Part shown: piece by piece, positions 43,801 through 50,334 of the stretch
Numbering within the stretch: the first letter of the stretch is position 1
Layout of the letters: every line of letters begins with the position of its first letter
Assembly: GCA_038145135.1 (NCBI GenBank)
Contig: JAYQPD010000003.1
Span: 1 to 52,266, forward strand
From: a bacterium
GTDB taxonomy: Bacteria; Patescibacteriota; Minisyncoccia; Phycocordibacterales; UBA918
Reading direction: 5' to 3'
Length of the DNA stretch: 52,266 nt
The notes under the pieces: model-generated
Databases searched by the model: none
What the model was told of the DNA's origin: nothing
Seen by the model: only the letters and a program-made list of their open reading frames with translations
Translations under genes and position numbers: made by a program

Positions 43801-44501
43801 CCTGGGTAGTCAGCACTTGATGAGATGTGACCGCCCCATGAGAGTACTGCCTGCGTACTTGCTGGAGTGAAGGTGACGGTGACACGCGCTTCCTGACTAT
43901 TCGAGAGATTTGGATTTGTGGTGTATGAAACTGAATTGATGGTACCGCCCCACATCTTCATGTACTGGGTGCCCTCAGAGCCAACAAGAGTGTTAAAGCT
44001 ATCGAGAACATCTGCTGCGCCATAGCCATTGATACTTCCTGTGTAGTTTGGTGGAGGCACAGGATAGGTACTGCTTGGGGCACCAGAACAAGAGGCGACG
44101 TTGCTACAAGGATCAACTGTCTCGCCAATACGATCGTTCGAAGTAATGTAGTCGATCGCAAATTTTGAGGTCTGACCCTGAGACTTTATGACATCGAAAC
44201 CAATGATGAGTGTGCTCTGCTGATTGGCAGTAAGTCCGCTCACTACCATCTGATAAGGGATTGATTCACCCTCAGTGTAGTGACCTTTCTGTTCATTAAC
44301 GGCACCCGATACCCAAGTGACTGGATCGATAACAGCGCTATTGACGCCACCGTTTTGAGCTTGACTGAGATCAGCACTCGGTCCGGCAGCAGCAACAGCT
44401 GTTGAGACAAGGCTCGCAAACGGTGCAAGGACCATGCTAAAACCGAGGAAGAAAGCACTCATTTTGTGTGCAAACCCTCGTGTGTAAATAAATGACATCA
44501 T
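40872..44501 (-). CDS. Cell-wall-sorted adhesin with prealbumin/SpaA-like repeats, an SdrD-B/Cna-B-like domain and a C-terminal sorting signal (APNTG)
   Basis: I placed the start at the ATG at 44501 (MMSFIYTRGFAHKMSAFFLGFSMVLAPFASLVSTAVAAA); 44516 (GTG) and 44462 are alternatives. There are repeated ~95-aa units of the form TLTLVKEV.N..GGTA...DW/F.L...G......C.ITNTYVPP. The Cna-B-like segment is GRVWNDGNENDAIDEEEGFLEGWTVRITDG..NYSTTTDADGNYRFYVPRGTWTI. The C-terminus is GAPNTG + a hydrophobic stretch + GRRN. Confidence 0.8.
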   Translation of the reverse strand: MMSFIYTRGFAHKMSAFFLGFSMVLAPFASLVSTAVAAAGPSADLSQAQNGGVNSAVIDPVTWVSGAVNEQKGHYTEGESIPYQMVVSGLTANQQSTLIIGFDVIKSQGQTSKFAIDYITSNDRIGETVDPCSNVASCSGAPSSTYPVPPPNYTGSINGYGAADVLDSFNTLVGSEGTQYMKMWGGTINSVSYTTNPNLSNSQEARVTVTFTPASTQAVLSWGGHISSSADYPGESAVTISGSPYHTRLISIDGKGGNQDMALSASAVNFPGNLIVVKHVVGGSKSASDFTLNVNASSTANPAQFAGDEAGTFVTIDTPNNGTTAYTVTEQTDPEYAVSYSADCTGTVAALEQKVCTVTNTYVPPTATLTLVKEVDNGAGGTAVVTDWTLSASGPTNISGTTGSGDVTAAVVTPGQYTLSESTGPDRYSPSEWSCVVNTDAPVLGSTITLQNGDIATCTITNTYVPPAKASITVEKTVINDNGGTATPGTFQYFVNSVTEIFSGVASMFDAVTPTLFTLTETNTEGYTPSVWGGDCAEDGTVTLGEGESATCTITNDDIAPQLTVIKVVENDNTYNVGTKTPADFTMNVSGTNVSNASFAGSDTGVTVTLDAGQYSVTEGDHAGYNVTYSADCSGTIGVGEEKTCTVTNNDIPPTEAVITVNKVLVQDFGGTKTVSDFSFELNGADTTQFEQDGSNEVIVTSAGAMDITEVSVPGYSVSYDQCSFDVELGASYSCTITNTQLPACSDGIDNDGDGQIDYPNDTGCSDGDDNSETPTGTITIDKVVEGEGANNDLAFSFDVSLTGSTTYDYNFLLSGSSTPEQIGNGDLEPGTYTITELDAFSHDRWNLGQTVGIVCSGVSEGHITTNSDNVVIDLPLDGSVSCTFTNTYTPRDSNGNDENIVIRKEVTDGSDTSTLFDFTLTDTDTQATLAAQLSSGLEYDSGDLTAGHTYSISEDSLPLGWSLDSVSCTSTDETHTDISASAIELRDGETVTCVYTNDQELFEIYGRVWNDGNENDAIDEEEGFLEGWTVRITDGEKNYSTTTDADGNYRFYVPRGTWTITEDVQSGWAENYPDDFQHIVTVPAEEQTLGLFDTILAYIIPTAHAAVNVNAYGSYDFGNHVIPQTGCTVNCGGGGNGIRISLGGGTSDNDPEGEVLGDTDVAPEVKGAVAPVGAPNTGMGGAAGATALPLAMPLLGMLLALIGVGRRN

Positions 44502-44662
44502 AATCGTAATTCCCACTTAGTAACTTTTTATAATCTTTCCACCAAAAGACCTAATATTCATACACACCCGAAAGCCAAGCATACGCTTAGCGCTCAGTTG
44601 TCATATATTATGACGGCAAAGCTCCCCTTTGCCTACAGCTAATCGCTAGTATATAGCGCTAT

Positions 44663-44677
44663 TTGACATATTGTCAA
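44663..44677. promoter_or_regulatory. TTGACA-tat-TGTCAA palindrome in the divergent promoter region between 44501(-) and 44796(+)
   Basis: A perfect 6-3-6 inverted repeat whose left half is a consensus -35 hexamer. An ATAGCGCTAT palindrome lies immediately upstream (44652-44661). Confidence 0.3.
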
Positions 44678-44795
44678 TATACTTGTATTGGTCGGAAACA
44701 TGGTAAGAAATTGGGTACTATAACGTATAGTGTATACAGAACATACTCTCTTGAGTGTGGGATTTAAAAGTCACGTATTTGAACAACTTTTAACT

Positions 44796-45974
44796 ATGAA
44801 AAACTCGATCCGCACTGGCGTCATTGCCTGTGCACTCGTAGCACTGGTGATGATGCCAGGTGCTGCACACGCTGCGACCAACGACACTGCGTCGAAGATC
44901 GCAGAATTACTCAAACAGATCATGGCGCTCCAAGAGCAGCTCGCAAAGCTCAAGGGTGAGGTCAGGGACGCTATCCAAGATGGTCTCCGTGAAGGTATGG
45001 AGAACGATGACGTCCGCGAGATCCAGGAGCTTCTCGCAAGCGACCCGTCCATTTATCCGTTTGGGCGTGCAACCGGCTACTTCGGTCCACTTACTAGAGA
45101 GGCGGTCAAGCGCTTCCAGGAGCGAGCCGGAATCGGTGCAACAGGTATTGTCGACAGTGAGACCCATGATCTTATGGAGGAAATGCTCAAAGATCGCTTT
45201 AATGGCCATGTGCCACCAGGCCTTCTGAGGGCACCAGGCATCTTCAAAAAGTACCAAGAGCGCCTAATGGAAGGTAAATGCTTCTCTTCAGGGAAAGGAA
45301 GCGGTACTGGGCCATTCTGTAAGATAAAGAAGGATGATGATGATGATGATGACGATGATGACTCGGATGATGACGACGATTCAGATACTGATGGTGTAGA
45401 TTCAATCCGTGTATACTTTGAAGATGGTGACTCGGACGTAAAGATCAAATACGAGAACGGGGACACAGAGAACTTCACTATAGAGAACGAAACTGATGAG
45501 GAGGATGTTATCGACGAGATCGTCGACCGCACTGATCTAACAGAAGAACAAGTGCGTAAGGTGATTGATTTCAAGGATAGCAACTGGGGTGATCCACTCG
45601 ATAAGATTGAGACCACCATCGGTGAAGACTATTCAACCTCCTCGATCAGATATGAAAATGGTGATAAAGAAACGATCGTCCTAGATGAGACTGATAAGGA
45701 CGACATCGTGAGCGACCTTGCTCAAGAACTCGGCCTCTCAGAAAGCGAGATCGAGGATGTCATTGAGTGGGAGTACGACTTCGATACCGACCTAAAGAGC
45801 ATTAAGGTTGAATTCGTAGACGGTGACGCTGACATTACCATCAAGTATGACAACGGTACGACCGTTCATAAAACGTATGCAAATGAGGATGATGAAGACG
45901 ATGTGATCTCTCGTCTTGCTGATGACCTCGATGTAGATGAGGTTGTGATAGAGAGCGTTATTGAGTTTATCTAA
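44796..45974 (+). CDS. Secreted protein: coiled coil, peptidoglycan-binding-like domain, poly-Asp tract and three acidic ~60-aa repeats
   Basis: I placed the start at the ATG at 44796 (MKNSIRTGVIACALVALVMMPGAAHA). VREIQELLASDPSIYPFGRATGYFGPLTREAVKRFQERAGIGATGIVD fits the PG_binding_1 pattern. The repeats include IRVYFEDGDSDVKIKYENGDTENFTI..DEEDVIDEIVDRTDLTEEQVRKVIDF. Confidence 0.75.
   Translation: MKNSIRTGVIACALVALVMMPGAAHAATNDTASKIAELLKQIMALQEQLAKLKGEVRDAIQDGLREGMENDDVREIQELLASDPSIYPFGRATGYFGPLTREAVKRFQERAGIGATGIVDSETHDLMEEMLKDRFNGHVPPGLLRAPGIFKKYQERLMEGKCFSSGKGSGTGPFCKIKKDDDDDDDDDDSDDDDDSDTDGVDSIRVYFEDGDSDVKIKYENGDTENFTIENETDEEDVIDEIVDRTDLTEEQVRKVIDFKDSNWGDPLDKIETTIGEDYSTSSIRYENGDKETIVLDETDKDDIVSDLAQELGLSESEIEDVIEWEYDFDTDLKSIKVEFVDGDADITIKYDNGTTVHKTYANEDDEDDVISRLADDLDVDEVVIESVIEFI
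45333..45362 (+). repeat. In-frame (GAT/GAC)10 trinucleotide tract encoding poly-Asp
   Basis: gatgatgatgatgatgatgacgatgatgac, continuing in degenerate form to about 45395. Confidence 0.9.
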
Positions 45975-45993
45975 GACATACCGCTAAATATAC

Positions 45994-46021
45994 AAAAAAC
46001 CGCTTTACAAAGCGGTTTTTT
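45994..46021 (+). terminator. Rho-independent terminator of CDS 44796..45974
   Basis: AACCGCT-ttacaa-AGCGGTT with flanking A6 and T6. Confidence 0.7.
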
Positions 46022-46115
46022 GTATATTACTGCAACTGGACCCTCTAGTTGCAGAAACAGTTTAAAAAGCGTACTGTACAAGGAGGGATTATCAAGGAAA
46101 TTAAGCCGTTTTACC

Positions 46116-47036
46116 ATGAAAAAGACACTATTTGTGGGTGTCGCAGCGCTTGCATTCATGCTACTTCCAGGAGGCAGTGCTGACGCAGCAACCTACTACT
46201 ATCCAAACTACTACTCGACCAGCTACACGGTAAGTCACCAGGCACAGATCCAGGCACTCATGGAGCAGGTCAAGCAACTTCAGGCGATCCTTACGAAGTT
46301 GCAGCAAGAACAAGCGCGAGTCAGACTTGAGCAGCCCTGCTATATCTCAGGCAACGTACAGTACTGCATACAAGACCAGTACCGACACGGATACCAGAAC
46401 ACCCGCGACGAGGCGACCGCTATCTACGTGGAGTACCGCAATAATGCTGCGTACGTAGATATTGAGTATCGTGATCGCCGTGATGAAAGCTTCGTGATCG
46501 CCGCAGACAATGACAATGAAGTGATCAACTACTTGCTCACCCTCACCCACCTTTCCCTTCAGAACATTCTTGATGTCATTGAGTTTGATGGAGATCATTA
46601 CGACTCACACCATTATAGTGACCATCACCACGACAACGATGTCCGTGATATCGACGTCTACATTGACCGGGATGACAATGAGTCAAAGGCTATCGTACGG
46701 TACGACAGTGGCGACACCGAGACCTTCTACTACACCACTGATAGCAAGAGCCGCATCGTCGATAAGCTCGCTAACGATCTCGATATTGACGACAGTGACG
46801 TAGAAGATCTGGTTGACTGGCACTACAGCAACTTCTCCGATACTTCGCTCGACGATATTACGGAGATTCGCATCGATATCTCTGGCGGCAAGGCATATGT
46901 TAAGGTCGAGTACGATGACGGCGACACTGATCGCTATACGTACAACACCACCAACAAATCAACGATCATAAGCCGACTCGCAGATGACCTCGATGTTGAT
47001 CGGGATGACCTGGAGAATTTCATCGAGTGGGATTAA
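46116..47036 (+). CDS. Secreted protein: coiled coil plus three acidic ~60-aa repeats (paralogous repeat family to 44796..45974)
   Basis: I placed the start at the ATG at 46116 (MKKTLFVGVAALAFMLLPGGSADA). The coiled coil is QIQALMEQVKQLQAILTKLQQEQ. The repeats include ITEIRIDISGGKAYVKVEYDDGDTDRYTYNTTNKSTIISRLADDLDVDRDDLENFIEWD. Confidence 0.75.
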   Translation: MKKTLFVGVAALAFMLLPGGSADAATYYYPNYYSTSYTVSHQAQIQALMEQVKQLQAILTKLQQEQARVRLEQPCYISGNVQYCIQDQYRHGYQNTRDEATAIYVEYRNNAAYVDIEYRDRRDESFVIAADNDNEVINYLLTLTHLSLQNILDVIEFDGDHYDSHHYSDHHHDNDVRDIDVYIDRDDNESKAIVRYDSGDTETFYYTTDSKSRIVDKLANDLDIDDSDVEDLVDWHYSNFSDTSLDDITEIRIDISGGKAYVKVEYDDGDTDRYTYNTTNKSTIISRLADDLDVDRDDLENFIEWD

Positions 47037-47054
47037 CATCTATTCACAGACCAG

Positions 47055-47087
47055 AAAACGCCCCGGCATCCGGCCGGGGCGTTTTTT
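47055..47087 (+). terminator. Rho-independent terminator of CDS 46116..47036
   Basis: CGCCCCGG-catccgg-CCGGGGCG followed by T6. Confidence 0.8.
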
Positions 47088-47148
47088 GTTCCCCTACCCA
47101 ACATACATTCCCAAACTCTATTTGACCGGTGATATTCCTTTTCAACAT

Positions 47149-47204
47149 GTTCCTTGTGCGTACTTATTTTATGCGACCGCATAAAATAAGTACGCACAAG
47201 GAAC
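47149..47204. repeat. 56-bp perfect palindrome (27-bp arms, 2-nt centre) in the convergent intergenic region
   Basis: GTTCCTTGTGCGTACTTATTTTATGCG-ac-CGCATAAAATAAGTACGCACAAGGAAC. There is no flanking U-tract. Confidence 0.9.
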
Positions 47205-47267
47205 GAATCATGTGTAGCTCCAAATTCGAACTAATATCTTTTTAGAGGAAATGAGGTCTGGGATGTG

Positions 47268-48305
47268 TTACTCATTGAACACTACCGGTATCTCCACCGC
47301 ATCATCATTCTCACTGATGCCTGAGGGATTATCTTTCCTCAGTATCACCGCGCCACGCATATAGGGCGTCCCCGCAGGAACTGAATATGAAACAGACGCA
47401 GTGAATGGCACAAAATCAGTGGTCATCCAGTCGCCATTCGCGCTCGCAAACCCTTCCCCGATGATCCTCCCATCCCAGTCCACTACCGAAATGGGAAAAG
47501 ATGCCTCAAAGAACCAGCTACCGCGCGCTTCACCCGTCACCGTGACGGGTGAAGCAATCGTGCTTCCCTCCATAGGAGAAGTCACTCGTATCAGGTCTCG
47601 GTGGGTGACACTCGAACCCTCTGTGTCGGTAGGTGTACCGACGGTTCCAAATGCATCGCCGTACACAGGTATCTCAATTCGCCGTGGGATGTGAGGCGTC
47701 ACGGCCATCGCCTCGTTCGCTTCACGATCGAGATATTCGATGACTGCGGCTGTCGAAGAGCCAACACGGTCAAACGAAAGCTTGGTAACCTCTACACGGT
47801 CGCCAATGAGGAGTGAGTCCTTATGTATCGGCACGCCGTTCTCTGGCACAAAGAGACCGACATAGACGAACGATCCTGTACCTCCGTAGTTCACGACAAA
47901 TGGGATGAGCGACACATCGCTCCGTGTGTCCGACACAGCTCGATCAATGAATGCCTCAGCGAATCCTTGCATCACCTGACCATTCTCAGAGAGTGTCGTC
48001 ATGAGGTGTGAGAATGAATCATCGGTCATATTGAGGGTAGCGGTCTCACCGTGCATGTCTGGCAGGAGGAGCTGAAGTTTCTTGAGTTCAGAGAAATTGA
48101 TGCGCTCCTTTACCTCATTTTTCACATTATCCATACTCGGGAGCGAATTCATGCTTGGAAATTCGAACGTTCCCATATCACAGACCTGACCACCCCATTT
48201 CCATGCACCGCCGTCTTGCCAACACACGATCTGGGGTACGATGAAATACCGTGCCACAACGTAGATGAGCGCGATGAGGATGAGATTGATGAGAAGTCGT
48301 TTCAT
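47268..48305 (-). CDS. Membrane-anchored protein with a C-terminal Gmad2-type immunoglobulin-like domain
   Basis: 345 aa with an N-terminal TM helix (LLINLILIALIYVVARYFIV). The C-terminal region is IRVTSPMEGSTIASPVTVTGEARGSWFFEASFPISVVDWDGRIIGEGFA...W..FVPFTASVSY......GAVILRKDNPSG....DAVEIPVVF. Confidence 0.65.
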   Translation of the reverse strand: MKRLLINLILIALIYVVARYFIVPQIVCWQDGGAWKWGGQVCDMGTFEFPSMNSLPSMDNVKNEVKERINFSELKKLQLLLPDMHGETATLNMTDDSFSHLMTTLSENGQVMQGFAEAFIDRAVSDTRSDVSLIPFVVNYGGTGSFVYVGLFVPENGVPIHKDSLLIGDRVEVTKLSFDRVGSSTAAVIEYLDREANEAMAVTPHIPRRIEIPVYGDAFGTVGTPTDTEGSSVTHRDLIRVTSPMEGSTIASPVTVTGEARGSWFFEASFPISVVDWDGRIIGEGFASANGDWMTTDFVPFTASVSYSVPAGTPYMRGAVILRKDNPSGISENDDAVEIPVVFNE

Positions 48306-48344
48306 ATTGAGCAGTCGCTACTCAGTAGGATATACTGTAGGCGT

Positions 48345-48896
48345 ATGAATTACATTCGCTATATCCTCATTCTAGCACTCTTTATACTTCCGGGAGTCAG
48401 TAACGCAGCGCCGGTCGAACAAAAGAACCCTATCTTCCCCTACCGAGAGCTCGAAAGCCGCTTCGCCTCTACTGCAAATGAGAATACCGGGGTGTTTGGT
48501 ATCACGTTTACCTTAAACGCGACCGGTGAGGATGTATACTTGCGCACCGGTACTGAGCGAGTGGGCGATCTGCTCGACATCATGGGTAAAGGTATTGAGT
48601 ACGGCATCTACAATGGTGACAACGTACGCGTCGGAAATGGCACTGCGCTCGGTATGATAACAAGTGCACTCACTCCGACAAACGGCTACTACGTCATTAA
48701 GGCAAACACGAGCTCAACATTCACTCTGTTGGTCGCCTATGTTGCTCCGAAGAGCACACGCATGACCGATGAGGGGTACCACCTCAAACTCGAGGGATTC
48801 CGCTACAGTCTCCGCTCGCCAGGAAACCAATCGATCCTCGAATCTGCGGGACTCAAAGCATGGAAGACCAAAGAGCTCACCTTAAAGACAGAGTAG
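48345..48896 (+). CDS. Small secreted protein of unknown function
   Basis: The ATG at 48345 gives MNYIRYILILALFILPGVSNA (a signal peptide) and a 183-aa product. The longer ORF-track version (from 48051) would overlap the divergent gene. A terminator follows directly. Confidence 0.6.
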   Translation: MNYIRYILILALFILPGVSNAAPVEQKNPIFPYRELESRFASTANENTGVFGITFTLNATGEDVYLRTGTERVGDLLDIMGKGIEYGIYNGDNVRVGNGTALGMITSALTPTNGYYVIKANTSSTFTLLVAYVAPKSTRMTDEGYHLKLEGFRYSLRSPGNQSILESAGLKAWKTKELTLKTE

Positions 48897-48904
48897 CGAA
48901 ATAC

Positions 48905-48930
48905 AAAAAAGCCCCTTACGGGGCTTTTTT
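48905..48930. terminator. Bidirectional rho-independent terminator between convergent genes
   Basis: A6-GCCCC-ttac-GGGGC-T6. Confidence 0.8.
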
Positions 48931-48944
48931 ATTTCAAACCTCTC

Positions 48945-50189
48945 TTACCAAAGAGGTATCCACTTGTCTTCAATAACATCAACCATGATCGAGCCGGTGT
49001 TATCACCGTAGCTACTGTCGTAGATGGTGAAACTCACCGGTGCGCCTGTTCCAGTGTAGTTACGTGAGTAATTATGTCCCTCACTGAAACTTCCCCAATC
49101 AACACAGCTACCGTCCACCTGCACGTCGAGACCGCACTCAGACGCATAGTACCCCTCTCCTTTCACCCAACCAGCTGTCTCGCCAAGGTCTGGGTATACT
49201 TCGGTCAAACCTGGACCTGGGTAGTGCGCAGCGTCACGACTTGCCCACTCTGCGTCAGCAATACCGTAGTCACCCCAGTTCGCGAACCGATACGTACCGG
49301 ACGCCTCCAAGAAGTAGTCGGTATCAAGCGCAAGATCATTCACACTCGATACAACACCACCTGTTCCAGGTACTTCGACGGTCTCTACATAGGTAGGACC
49401 AATGTGCCAGCGCCCTTCATGCCATGCCTCAAGATCGCCCTTGGTAAGACCATGTTTCCAGTGACCCTCCATAGCGTCACCAGTTGCTGCGGTGATCGCG
49501 TCGAGGATCTGTCTTCCGGTGCAGCCGTACGTGTACTCGAGTCCTTCTGCTTCGAGCATTGCAAGGAATTTCTTGTCACCCTTACCTGATGACTCCCATC
49601 CAATGTAACCATCAGGGTTATTCGAGTCGATCCAACGATATCGTCCATTCGCATCACCCCAGTTATCGAAGAGATCGACATCATCGAGGTTGCCATCTCC
49701 CGGAGTTGGGCCGTCTGGACACTTATCCATACTATCGAGGACACCGTCGCCATCAGGATCGTGGTCGATCATCGTTGCTACGCCGCTCGAAGTGTGCCAC
49801 GTACCCTCTCGCGAACCGCCGTTGTAATTGTCGTCCCAGTCACCGGACATAGTGCCATCACCCGCGATGGTACCGGTCATGTGCATGGTCGTCCCTACTG
49901 CACCCACTGTGTAATCCATGGTCATCGAGATGGTATCTCCATCTACGACACCACTGGTTATGGTCCAAGCAAACGAATACGGAGGATTGCCTGCAAGATA
50001 CCCACCGCTTCCGGTCAGGTTGCCTGACCCGTCCTGTGTGAGCATCATGTCATGCGGATAACTACCACCATACTCGAACACTACCACCCACGAACCGGTC
50101 GTGTCCCAATCAGGTACTGCGGCGTCCGCATGTACCATAGGTATCATGACCATCGCAAGCATAAGAACGAGCGAATAGATCTTTTTCAT
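48945..50189 (-). CDS. Secreted protein with a thrombospondin-type-3-like Ca-binding motif; unknown function
   Basis: 414 aa with a signal peptide (LVLMLAMVMIPMVHADA). DHDPDGDGVLDSMDKCPD is a TSP3-like Asp-rich loop. The remainder is Trp/Gly/Tyr-rich and has no recognised motif. Confidence 0.6.
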   Translation of the reverse strand: MKKIYSLVLMLAMVMIPMVHADAAVPDWDTTGSWVVVFEYGGSYPHDMMLTQDGSGNLTGSGGYLAGNPPYSFAWTITSGVVDGDTISMTMDYTVGAVGTTMHMTGTIAGDGTMSGDWDDNYNGGSREGTWHTSSGVATMIDHDPDGDGVLDSMDKCPDGPTPGDGNLDDVDLFDNWGDANGRYRWIDSNNPDGYIGWESSGKGDKKFLAMLEAEGLEYTYGCTGRQILDAITAATGDAMEGHWKHGLTKGDLEAWHEGRWHIGPTYVETVEVPGTGGVVSSVNDLALDTDYFLEASGTYRFANWGDYGIADAEWASRDAAHYPGPGLTEVYPDLGETAGWVKGEGYYASECGLDVQVDGSCVDWGSFSEGHNYSRNYTGTGAPVSFTIYDSSYGDNTGSIMVDVIEDKWIPLW

Positions 50190-50275
50190 ATTCCATTATT
50201 ACCCTGCTAACAAAAATAGCGTACACCTAAAACGCTTTTTTGCGCTTGTGTATAACTCTGAAGTTATACACATAC

Positions 50276-50305
50276 AAAAATCGCCTGCAATTGCAGGCGA
50301 TTTTT
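50276..50305 (-). terminator. Rho-independent terminator of CDS 50335..52266
   Basis: A5-TCGCCTGCAA/TTGCAGGCGA-T5, a perfect 10-bp stem. Confidence 0.8.
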
Positions 50306-50334
50306 GTGGTTCCTTACTTAATACGCCACACGTT

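Noticed and set aside
45077-45619. 180-aa minus-strand ORF, rich in Ser, antisense to the poly-Asp region of 44796..45974.
   Set aside because: It is the antisense reading of GAT/GAC/GAA-rich acidic codons. It has no start context or motif. The plus-strand gene has a signal peptide, a PG-binding-like domain and a terminator.
48051-48344. An N-terminal extension of the 48051..48896 ORF (281 aa).
   Set aside because: The extension overlaps the divergent gene 47268..48305 on the opposite strand and has no signal or motif. The internal ATG at 48345 yields a typical signal peptide.
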